A DNA stretch of 64,000 bases from Desulfatiglandales bacterium (GTDB lineage: Bacteria; Desulfobacterota; DSM-4660; Desulfatiglandales; HGW-15): assembly GCA_963667015.2 (NCBI GenBank), contig CAXXJJ010000004.1, positions 1,248,001 through 1,312,000 of the forward strand, given 5' to 3'. The translations under genes were made by a program, and so were the position numbers. Each line of letters starts with the position of its first letter. Positions within the stretch are counted from its first letter, which is position 1. Positions 1 to 8,817 of this stretch are shown here, in pieces. Under the pieces are notes generated by a model. That model made no database searches. It was not told the DNA's origin and saw nothing but the letters and a program-made list of their open reading frames with translations.

Positions 1-489
1 TATTTCCTCTTCACAATGTGCTGCCCAGACCATTTTTGCTTCATGGTCTTCCTTTTTTTTCATACCAATTGCCACCGATTCTCCGGATACCCCGTGATCT
101 GCCTTTGTCCACTGATGGATACGATATCCCCACACCTCAGGATTTTTAAGAGCCTCTTCACCCATGCCTATACAGGCAACCATGGCTACGTGTTCATATG
201 TAATATATTTTTTGAATTGTTTCGGAATCGCCGCAACATCAAGCAGCTGAATATAGAGGTTCTGGCGTGTACCATCAGCCCATGTCTGCGGGGCGATGTG
301 AATGGAATTGATAGGGTTTCCATGAACAGGGGCCTTTGCCCATTCAAGAGGTTCATGCTGAGATGGATGCCACAGGAGCATACATTTCTCCATGTTTGAC
401 CAGAACCAGTCAATCATTCTGGGGGTAACTCCTTCCAGCGCCCATTCAAGCCTCATTGCATCTTCGGTTTCAATTCTGTTCATTGCCAT
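1..489 (-). CDS. PhlG/phloretin-hydrolase-like (DAPG hydrolase family) protein, 3' end runs off the window
   Basis: Not in ORF track. Manual translation from ATG at 489 (RBS GGAG upstream): MAMNRIETEDAMRLEWALEGVTPRMIDWFWSNMEKCMLLWHPSQH...VWAAHCEEEI, open to base 1. Motifs GVTPxMIDW, WHPxxH and HCxxE resemble the PhlG family. Confidence 0.6.
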   Translation of the reverse strand, partial: MAMNRIETEDAMRLEWALEGVTPRMIDWFWSNMEKCMLLWHPSQHEPLEWAKAPVHGNPINSIHIAPQTWADGTRQNLYIQLLDVAAIPKQFKKYITYEHVAMVACIGMGEEALKNPEVWGYRIHQWTKADHGVSGESVAIGMKKKEDHEAKMVWAAHCEEEI

Positions 490-505
490 ATGTTTTCTCC
501 ATATT

Positions 506-1738
506 TTAATCAAATATTTTTACCGATTTTATCCCAAAGCCTGCAATTGCCCCGATCACGGCAACCGTTCCGACAATAATTATTGAAACACTGTACATTC
601 CTGTTATATGAAGAGCAGTTGATCCGGCAGCAACCCCTATAGCACCTCCAAAGATCCCCAGTCCCATTGTAAACCCTCCAACACTTCCCGTAATATGCTC
701 GGGATAGTTATTGGCAATAAATGACATACCGCTTGCCATTGGCATGCCCATAAAAAATCCCGCTAAGAACAGGCATACAACTAAAACAGGCATATTGGCT
801 TTAACAAGCGGGCACATTACTGAGAGGCAAAAAAAGGCTGTAAGCAGAAAACTGATTGTGACTGCTCTGCCGTATCTGCCTTTGAATATTTTCTCGGCAA
901 TAATCGGAGTAGAAAGGGACCCTAGTATAAATGCAAATACAAGCATTGCCATCATCTGGCCTGAAACTATGCTGCCCAGACCCAGTCCAACCGGAGATGC
1001 GACCGCTATATAACCGGGGGTAAGATCCTGGTAACCCTGCATTACCCATGAAAGTGAAAATGTAGATAAAAATGTCATCCAGAAGGCGGGCAGGCCAAAT
1101 ACCTTTTTAAAGTCTTTTGACACATCCTCCTTTGAAGCCTGATCTGCTACAGATCCCGGAGATTCCGGACCAAATATAAAAATAACACTTAATATAACGG
1201 CAACTATCATCAATCCGCCTAGTATCGTAAGAGCGGTATTCCAGTTTTTCATTTCTGCGATGACAGGACCGATGTTAAGACCAAGTATAATACCCGCGGA
1301 AAGCGACGCGCCTGTAACTCCCTGCACCATTGACCTCTGACTTCGGGGGAACCATTCTGAGGCCATTTTGGGGCCGGAGGCAGTAATAGGTCCGCAGCCA
1401 AGCCCCTGCAGCCCTCTAAGGATGATCAACCCTGCTACTGAAGATCCTATCACAGGAAGGAGTAATGCGGCGACGGTCTCCATAGAGCAGAACAGCACAT
1501 ATGTTTTTGCAAGTCCCCATCGGTCAATGACCATACCGCTGATAAGTCCTCCTATTGCAACCATCAATGTAAAAGGCAGCATGGCAGCAGCAGTGGCTGC
1601 ACCAAGATTAAAATTCAGGGTTTCAGCTATTGACCCGACTAAGGGAGTCGGTCCGATCAAGGCCATACCCTGCAGTATATGAGCTGCCATCAGTGTAGCA
1701 AGTGGAAACCAGCGGTATTTTGGATATGTAACGGCCAT
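506..1738 (-). CDS. MFS transporter
   Basis: 410 aa, about 12 hydrophobic segments, MFS motif A (GMVIDRWG), WFP..R motif. Confidence 0.9.
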   Translation of the reverse strand: MAVTYPKYRWFPLATLMAAHILQGMALIGPTPLVGSIAETLNFNLGAATAAAMLPFTLMVAIGGLISGMVIDRWGLAKTYVLFCSMETVAALLLPVIGSSVAGLIILRGLQGLGCGPITASGPKMASEWFPRSQRSMVQGVTGASLSAGIILGLNIGPVIAEMKNWNTALTILGGLMIVAVILSVIFIFGPESPGSVADQASKEDVSKDFKKVFGLPAFWMTFLSTFSLSWVMQGYQDLTPGYIAVASPVGLGLGSIVSGQMMAMLVFAFILGSLSTPIIAEKIFKGRYGRAVTISFLLTAFFCLSVMCPLVKANMPVLVVCLFLAGFFMGMPMASGMSFIANNYPEHITGSVGGFTMGLGIFGGAIGVAAGSTALHITGMYSVSIIIVGTVAVIGAIAGFGIKSVKIFD

Positions 1739-1743
1739 TAAAG

Positions 1744-2679
1744 TTAATCTCCTTCTTTTATCACTCCCAGCAGATATTCCTGAAGCCTCTTTTTTGATTC
1801 TTCAGCCTTTTCATCCGGCCATTTCTGAAATCCCTGACCTGATTTAAAACCAAGATTGCCTTCCTCAACCAGTTTCCTCAATAGAGGCGATGGTTCAGGT
1901 GAACTCTCAAGGTGTTTGAGGATATAATCATGAATGGCAAGGGTAAGATCGGTTCCGACCATATCAGCATTTTCCATTGGAGCAAGGACCGGAAGTCTTA
2001 AACCGAATCCGTATTTTATACATTCATCAACTGTTGCGGCATCGGCGATTCCCTTCTCTACTATAGAGATAGCTTCCCGCCAGAGTGCATGCTGCAGGCG
2101 GTTGGCTACAAATCCCGGGACATCTTTATTCACCCGGACAGGATGTTTACCTACAGACTGAAGCAACGAGAAGGTCCTGTCCATGGTATCATCTGAAGTA
2201 TCATCTCCGCGCACTACCTCTACCAGGGGAATCAGGTAGGGGGGATTCCAGAAGTGGGTACCCACGATTCTGTCACGGAATCTGGATTTTGAGGCAATCT
2301 CGGTAATGCTTATCACTGAAGTGTTGGTGGCAAGTATTGTATCATGACGGCTTAAGGAATCCAGGTCCCGGAATACCTTTTGCTTCAGATCAAGATTCTC
2401 AGAAACAGCTTCCACCACGAAATCGGCTCTTAAAACTGCTTCGGTCATGCCTGTAGTGGTTTTAATTCTTGAGATGACTGAATCAATTTCGTTGTGTGCA
2501 AGGATCTTGTTGTCAGCCATTACAGCCAGATTTGATCGGATATTTTTCAGAGCACTGGAAAGGAGATCCTGATTCAGATCCATCAATGTAACCGGATATC
2601 CCTTACCGGCAAAAACCTGGGAGATTCCATGGCCCATCAAACCAGAACCAATGACCGTTATATTTTCTATCTTTGGCAT
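1744..2679 (-). CDS. 3-hydroxyacyl-CoA dehydrogenase family protein (candidate 3-hydroxy-5-oxohexanoate dehydrogenase)
   Basis: GSGLMG Rossmann motif, EAVSE, HFWNPP, GFVANRL. Specific role inferred from neighbours. Confidence 0.85.
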   Translation of the reverse strand: MPKIENITVIGSGLMGHGISQVFAGKGYPVTLMDLNQDLLSSALKNIRSNLAVMADNKILAHNEIDSVISRIKTTTGMTEAVLRADFVVEAVSENLDLKQKVFRDLDSLSRHDTILATNTSVISITEIASKSRFRDRIVGTHFWNPPYLIPLVEVVRGDDTSDDTMDRTFSLLQSVGKHPVRVNKDVPGFVANRLQHALWREAISIVEKGIADAATVDECIKYGFGLRLPVLAPMENADMVGTDLTLAIHDYILKHLESSPEPSPLLRKLVEEGNLGFKSGQGFQKWPDEKAEESKKRLQEYLLGVIKEGD

Positions 2680-2687
2680 TTTATCTC

Positions 2688-3479
2688 CTACCCGGCCGCG
2701 TACCCGCCGTCTGTATGGATAACTGCTCCTGTTATAAAATCCGAGGCCTTTGAGCAGAGGTAGATTACAATTCCAATAAAATCTTCAGGTTCTCCCAGTC
2801 TGCCGATTGGAATGCGTTTTAAAAAATTCTTATAAACCGCGTTATCGTCAAACATCCATTGAGTCAGCGCTGTCCTGAAAACAGTGGGTGCTATGGCATT
2901 GACGTTAATGCCGTACTGTCCCCATTCACAGCCAAGTGTTTTGGCCAGAAGATGAACCGCACCCTTTGAAGTACTGTAGCCGGAGTAATTAGCCATTCCC
3001 AGATCACCGCGGGCAGATCCCAGCAGAACGACCTTACCGCCATTACCCTGATCGATCATTATTTTACCCGCTTCCTTGCAGAAAAGATATGTGCCTTTTA
3101 CATTGGCATCCATTATCATTTCCCACTCATCGAGCGGCTGTTCAACAATAGGGCCCGGTTTATTTACTCCTGCAGCTGTTATGAGGATGTCTAATCTACC
3201 AAATTTATCCACGGTTTCTTTTACGACTCTCTTTACATCATCATGATCAATGGGAGAACCAGCAGAAAAGGCAATGTCTCCGCCCTCCTTTTTAATTTCT
3301 TCCACGAGCGATTTAAGTTTATCCTCACTGCGCCCGGTAGCCATTACCTTTGCTCCGGCCATGGCCAGTGCTATACTGATTGTACTTCCAAAACCTCCTG
3401 TAGCGCCTGTAACAATAGCGACCTTTCCCGTTATATCAAAAAGGTCCTTCAATAACTCATCACCTTTTTTCATGGACAT
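2688..3479 (-). CDS. SDR oxidoreductase, probably NADPH-dependent (candidate phloroglucinol reductase)
   Basis: TGATGGFG, basic GRS after beta2, catalytic YSTSK, VNAIAP, GRLGEPED, DGG. Confidence 0.85.
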   Translation of the reverse strand: MSMKKGDELLKDLFDITGKVAIVTGATGGFGSTISIALAMAGAKVMATGRSEDKLKSLVEEIKKEGGDIAFSAGSPIDHDDVKRVVKETVDKFGRLDILITAAGVNKPGPIVEQPLDEWEMIMDANVKGTYLFCKEAGKIMIDQGNGGKVVLLGSARGDLGMANYSGYSTSKGAVHLLAKTLGCEWGQYGINVNAIAPTVFRTALTQWMFDDNAVYKNFLKRIPIGRLGEPEDFIGIVIYLCSKASDFITGAVIHTDGGYAAG

Positions 3480-3598
3480 CCTTTTTCTCCTTTTTTCATA
3501 TATGTTTGTAGATTCAGGAATAAAATAATAGTTCGAAAACGAAACAATGATTATTGAGTTTTTGTTTTTCCTTGTGCCTTGAGCCCCTTGAACCTCTC

Positions 3599-4522
3599 TT
3601 AGTAATTAACTTTATCAATCCCCTTTAACTGCAAAATCTCCCTGGCTTCATCCGGTGTTGCAGGTTCAAATCCGAATTCTCTTATGATGCGAACCGCCTT
3701 TTCAACCTGTTCAGCACTGCTTTTTGCCAGCACACCCTTTTCCAGATACAGATTATCCTCTAGACCAACCCTCCAGAAACCTCCTTCAAGAACATTGATT
3801 ATGCCCATGGGGAACTGGAATCTTCCGGCAGCGCAGACCGACCATATAAAGTCATCCTTTAACAGATTTTTCGATTCCCTTATAAGATACAGGAGGTTGT
3901 CGGCAGTAGCAGGAATGCCGCCCAGAATGCCCATCACATACTGAAGGTATACAGGTTTCTTAAGGTATCCTTCTCTGACTAACTGGGCTACATTATTTAT
4001 CTGACCCACATCATAGATCTCTATTTCAGGTCTTGTACCTGTCTCGTTCATTGTCTTTGAGTAGATATGGAGAGATTCAAAATGGTTGGAGAAAATGAAA
4101 CTCTCAGTACCCTTGAGATAATCCTCCTCCCAATCGTATTTGAATTCCTTATACTTCTGCAGCACAGGATACAGTGCAAAATTTAGAGAGCCGGCGTTAA
4201 AGGTAGCCATCTCAGGCCTTAATTCACTTACAACAGCGAGTCGCTCCTTTGGAGTCATTGTATAGCTTCCGCCGGTTGTTGGCGTAACAACAACATTTGA
4301 TCTATCCTTGATGCCGGTCAATATATTTTTGAATATCTCAACACTGGAAGAAGGTACACCATCTGCCGGGTTTCTTGCGTGGATATGTACAACAGCCGCA
4401 CCTGCATTACAGGATCTTACACCCTCTTCAATAAGGTCTTCTGGCCTGAAGGGAAGGTATTCTGACATTGAAGGTGTATGAATTGCCCCTGTGAGGGCTG
4501 CTGTTATTATTACTTTTCCCAT
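3599..4522 (-). CDS. Beta-keto acid cleavage enzyme (BKACE/DUF849/Kce family; candidate triacetate acetoacetate-lyase)
   Basis: IITAALTGA, Zn-binding HIH, TTGG, PEIEIYD, RVGLEDN. Confidence 0.9.
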   Translation of the reverse strand: MGKVIITAALTGAIHTPSMSEYLPFRPEDLIEEGVRSCNAGAAVVHIHARNPADGVPSSSVEIFKNILTGIKDRSNVVVTPTTGGSYTMTPKERLAVVSELRPEMATFNAGSLNFALYPVLQKYKEFKYDWEEDYLKGTESFIFSNHFESLHIYSKTMNETGTRPEIEIYDVGQINNVAQLVREGYLKKPVYLQYVMGILGGIPATADNLLYLIRESKNLLKDDFIWSVCAAGRFQFPMGIINVLEGGFWRVGLEDNLYLEKGVLAKSSAEQVEKAVRIIREFGFEPATPDEAREILQLKGIDKVNY

Positions 4523-4608
4523 AATATTATCTCCATCTTTTCCTGATAATTGATCATAACCAGCATGTTCGCAGGTTTGCGGATATTGCTGATTTGTTCT
4601 GTTCTTTC

Positions 4609-5637
4609 CTACTGCTGCTTTGCATAGAATCCCATGCCGTATTTAAAATGTTCTTCCAGAAAAGGCCCCACAAAATCAAACCCTATGGTAATTGGAAATG
4701 CGATATAACTCCCCCCCGGTGCCAGGGTATCAATCGCTCTATGGTATTCTGACTTGATTTCATCCGGGGTTACACCCGGTTTTTCAAGAACCTTCTGATT
4801 GTCAAAACCTCCGCAAAATGTGATTTTATTTCCGAATTTTTTCTTCAGTTCTCCAAGGTTTTTATTACTTCCAGCCTGCAGGGTATCAATTGCATCAATA
4901 CCAATCTCAACAAAATCTTCAAAAATCGGTTCAATGTGGCCACAGCTGTGATGCTGATACATCACTCCGGCTTCATGGCACGCATCAACCATTCTCTTTA
5001 AATGAGGTTTAATAAGTTTTCTCCAGGTGTCCGGTGCCATGAGCATACGGTCGGAAGCGCCATAATCGTCATGGGCGTTAATCACATACACTTTATAGTA
5101 TTTTGCTATTTTCCTGAAATACTCTATTTTCCAGTCAGCAGCTGCTTTAAAGTAGGCGTAACATTCATCCGGGTCAGAAACCAAGGCCATCAGTGCATTT
5201 TCAAAACCCATCATGGAGTGTAAACGTTCAAACGGTCCATTGATGACCATACATAAAACCAGTTTATCTTCATTGTAGGCGCTTTTCCCGTCGGCCATTG
5301 GAACAATCCCTGCGCCGGCAACCAGTGCCATAAAATCGGTATGAACATCAATATCCGCCTGTCTTTCCCAGTCAACAGCTTCCAGGTCCGGAAATTTTAC
5401 ATGGTTTCTCCAGTCCGCAATATCATCAAACATAATCTTTCCGGCCGTTGGCATTGGTGCTTTCGCCTCCGGTACATAGGTCCATTCAACACCAAACTCA
5501 TCAAGGCCAGCATCGCGGCCGCAGTATCGTTCCATTTGCGGCCGTGCCTGAATTATTGAAATATCAGTAAACAACGTAGGTATGAATGCCGGCACTCCAT
5601 GATGATATGCAATAAGTGCATTTTCTCTTTTGGCCAT
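4609..5637 (-). CDS. Uroporphyrinogen decarboxylase/MtaA-family protein (corrinoid methyltransferase / O-demethylase MT1-like)
   Basis: GPFERLHSMMGFENAL, HDDYG, HHSCG, GGFD, APGG. Start reassigned to MAKREN (AAGGA RBS). Confidence 0.8.
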   Translation of the reverse strand: MAKRENALIAYHHGVPAFIPTLFTDISIIQARPQMERYCGRDAGLDEFGVEWTYVPEAKAPMPTAGKIMFDDIADWRNHVKFPDLEAVDWERQADIDVHTDFMALVAGAGIVPMADGKSAYNEDKLVLCMVINGPFERLHSMMGFENALMALVSDPDECYAYFKAAADWKIEYFRKIAKYYKVYVINAHDDYGASDRMLMAPDTWRKLIKPHLKRMVDACHEAGVMYQHHSCGHIEPIFEDFVEIGIDAIDTLQAGSNKNLGELKKKFGNKITFCGGFDNQKVLEKPGVTPDEIKSEYHRAIDTLAPGGSYIAFPITIGFDFVGPFLEEHFKYGMGFYAKQQ

Positions 5638-5663
5638 GATAAATCCTTTTCCAGATGGATTTT

Positions 5664-5785
5664 TCAGCATTCAGCTACTCGTCCCGCCATAGCTTAATGC
5701 GAAGGCGGATCAGCAATCGGCAATCAGCCAAATATTTATTTTTAATGGCCTTTCGCTGAAAGCCGAGCGCTGATGACTTACCGCT
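5664..5785. repeat. Heptamer-array inverted repeat with nested CCGCC/GGCGG palindrome
   Basis: TCAGCAT TCAGCTA [..CCGCCATAGCTTAATGCGAAGGCGGA] TCAGCAA TCGGCAA TCAGC ... GCTGAAA GCCGAGC GCTGA. Confidence 0.6.
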
Positions 5786-5813
5786 TATATACAAAAACTA
5801 CAATTCGAGTGTT

Positions 5814-7058
5814 CTATCTCGCTAACCTGCGCATCGCAGCAGGAGATATGTCCGTATCTTTTACTCCGTTCCCATTGAGCGTCCAGGTAGAGAACATTTG
5901 TACGCAGTAACCCAGCTGGAGATCTATACCCAGGGTAGTCCCATAGGGTGATGTCCCGTCTCCGGAATTATTCTTCAGCTTGGAATTGGGAATCTGCCAC
6001 ACCTTCCACAGGGACCCGGCTCTGTCCCATGCAGCGGCATAAACAGCCGTCATAGTTTCCTTATCGATCCAGATCACCTTCTTTCCCTGCGGATATTTTT
6101 CATCTTTAGGTATTATCTCAATGATATAGACATCTCTGACTTCCCATCCATCGGTTTCAACAGGTATCAGGTCGCCTACATCCTTATTCTCCATGTTGTC
6201 AAAGTTCCACTTGCTGTCTACCATGGCTACTGCCTTTTGATCCCCAATGAGCTTATATGTAAATTCAGGAATTCTTCCGGAAAAACCGAAGAAGTCATCC
6301 GGCGCCTGGGTGGAAGAATTGATAGGCGTTGATCTCTGCCCTGCCTCGCCCCTCAGAACACGTCTCATTGAAGGCAGGTACAAATAGGTCGTATCCTGTT
6401 CCTTCTGGTCTATGTAGCGGGTCAACAGAGTCAGAAAATTCCTCTGTACAGGTGGATAAATATTTCTCATAAGGTTGGAGCTTCGGTATTTCTGTGGAGT
6501 ATCATACAGGGGTTTCGGATCATCGTACAAACGGCCCTGAAAACTGATCAGCCAGTTCTCTACCTTGGAAATACTTATTGAAGAGCCTTTTCTTTTTTCA
6601 TAATTTATGAATTTGCCCTTCATATCATCCATGGTATATTTGTAGTCATAATTCCACATCAGTTTAATCGGAAACTGCGGATCACTTTTGTCAAGATCCG
6701 GAAAAGGGTATCCGACAATATCCTTGTAGTCCCCTCCGGTGATATAACCTTCGGCGTCAAGACTGTATTTTCCTCTATTCTTTTCCGATGCCGCCATAAA
6801 TTCTTTAGGCATTGGATTGGACTCGGTTGCTTTAATGGTAATGGAAAGGGGAGTGAAAAAGCCGTCATATCCCGTGTAAAAGGCATCCAGCCAGAACCCG
6901 GGAAACAGATTTTTATAGCTTTCGATATTGTTTTTATCTATGGCCTGCCCGGGCTGGGGAAGTGAATCCTGGGCAGATGCCGGCCCGGCGAAACATACGC
7001 ATATCAGCAGGCATAATGCCGCCGTGATGGTTTTCATTCTATTTTTATCATTTTTCAT
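5814..7058 (-). CDS. DUF1329 family periplasmic protein (LolA-like sorting fold)
   Basis: Signal peptide ending ASA-Q, YLYLPSMRRVLR, DDFFGF, PKD..YPQGKK, AWDRAGSLWK. Confidence 0.85.
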   Translation of the reverse strand: MKNDKNRMKTITAALCLLICVCFAGPASAQDSLPQPGQAIDKNNIESYKNLFPGFWLDAFYTGYDGFFTPLSITIKATESNPMPKEFMAASEKNRGKYSLDAEGYITGGDYKDIVGYPFPDLDKSDPQFPIKLMWNYDYKYTMDDMKGKFINYEKRKGSSISISKVENWLISFQGRLYDDPKPLYDTPQKYRSSNLMRNIYPPVQRNFLTLLTRYIDQKEQDTTYLYLPSMRRVLRGEAGQRSTPINSSTQAPDDFFGFSGRIPEFTYKLIGDQKAVAMVDSKWNFDNMENKDVGDLIPVETDGWEVRDVYIIEIIPKDEKYPQGKKVIWIDKETMTAVYAAAWDRAGSLWKVWQIPNSKLKNNSGDGTSPYGTTLGIDLQLGYCVQMFSTWTLNGNGVKDTDISPAAMRRLAR

Positions 7059-7089
7059 TGGTTTCCTCCGATCTTCTGAAAATCTCAAT

Positions 7090-8710
7090 TTAGAAGTTAA
7101 ACTGGGTGGTTAGTACCACCATGTCCTTCTGACGGAACATGCCCAGATCCTCGTAGTCATTATCACCGAAAATGCCGATATAACGAAGTTCCGCAGAAAA
7201 CGCCCGATTATTCCATGCCGGCATCCACTTGATCACAGGCATGATGAGCCCGTCTTTTCCGCTGAATCCATAACTCACGATCAGGTCTGTCTGGATCAGA
7301 TTATAAAACCAGTTGGTAGTAATACGGGCTCCTAGGCTGGGTTTATACTTTTCCAGTTCGGTAGCGTATACGGCGTTCTGAATGTTTTCATTGTCGGGTA
7401 CATATTCACCGATATGCTCTATTGTGATATCGATAGGCGCGCTTTTATGCCAGTCAAAATACAGTGCACCTGTCAAATCCCATGCAAGCATGTATTTAAT
7501 ATAATCCCGCTCAACAACAGAGTCGAAGTCTGTCGTGTCAAAGGTGTTATAGCTCATATTAGGCGCATAGATCGCTTCCGCCCGGATCAATCCCAGCTTG
7601 ACATCTTTATTGAAATAGGCGCCAAAATAATCGACGTCCGGATGGATCAGGTAGTAGTTCCGGATTGTCTGAGGTGCAGTTGGATCCGGAATTCCGCTGG
7701 GGAATGTTTCAGTGCTGCGCATGACCACCGGGTTATAGATCTGAGTATGGAAGTAGGAAATTCCGAATTCGTATCCACCTAAAAAGGTACTGGTCCTGAA
7801 ACCGAACCGGGCGTCATCCATGCCGCTATCAGGATATCGATGAATGACATTCGGAATTTCATCAGGCACCCATCCGGTGCCGGGTATACCCGGAAGAAAG
7901 CTTAGATCCGACCAGCCCCGTGAAAAGGGGTTAGCTGCAACAGCACCCTCCGGGAATGCATGCAGGCCGTCATTTCCAACCGCGTATGGAGGCAGGAACC
8001 GATCCTCCGGATGGAGTGAAAAGCGCTGACCTACCAGTTCAAAAGCAACGGGTTGAGCGGACTCTCCCGAGCGGTTCACACGGTATTCGTCATCCACAAG
8101 GTTCGGTGAAAACAGCCATTCAAAACTCGTAGCAATTCCGTCAAATTCATGCAGCCCCTTTACCATCCACAGCGGGATGCGGGTATCTTCCCAGTTTGCG
8201 AAGGCGAAGGTAAAACGGGTGTTTTCAGGGTTGACCACGTCCCCCTACCTTTACCGTCAGAGATTCACCCCAGATAACGATCTGCCTGCCGATTCTGAAG
8301 CTGTGACTGCTCGAAGGTCTCCAGTCGATATATGCTTCACGCAAAACATCATCAAACTTATCATACTCACTGTACTCTTTTCCATCCAGTTCACTGATGG
8401 ACCCTTCTTCAATGTCATACTCGGGCTCATATACAAACTGTACAGATGCAAAAAAACTGGTGGTGTCCGATAATCTCCAGTCTATATTTGTGCGCAGCCA
8501 GGTTCTGTTTGTAGCCAGTTTGTCATCGTTAATTGTATAATCCTGATCTTCCAGAAAATAACCGTAGTTGTTTCTAAAAAATCCATAGATGTTCAGTTTG
8601 GTCTTTCCTAATGAAGCTTCCGGTAATGCCAGACTCTGAGATGCTGACAGGTAAACCATCAGTCCGGCAGCCAGAAGAATCAAAATGTGTCGAACGCTTT
8701 TTTTATGCAT
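7090..8710 (-). pseudogene. DUF1302-like outer-membrane beta-barrel, split by a +1 frameshift in a G5 run
   Basis: ORF 8225..8710 (signal peptide, LREAYID, IGRQIVIWGES) continues into 7090..8238 (VNP..., C-terminal QFNF). Removing one C from 8241-8245 restores ...KVGDVVNPEN. May be a sequencing error. Confidence 0.75.
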
Positions 8711-8817
8711 TTTTATGTCCCCCTTTTATTATGTGTCCTATACTTCTCATATCTCTTTTGTTCGGTTAATCTGAATGATTACCCGGAATACCTCCTTTCA
8801 TGACAGTTAGAATATTT

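Noticed and set aside
16..399. 127-aa plus-strand ORF and many other antisense or overlapping ORFs in the track (e.g. 9295-9885, 12224-12988, 53564-54097, 63283-63627)
   Set aside because: They shadow well-supported genes on the opposite strand or frame and carry no recognisable motifs.
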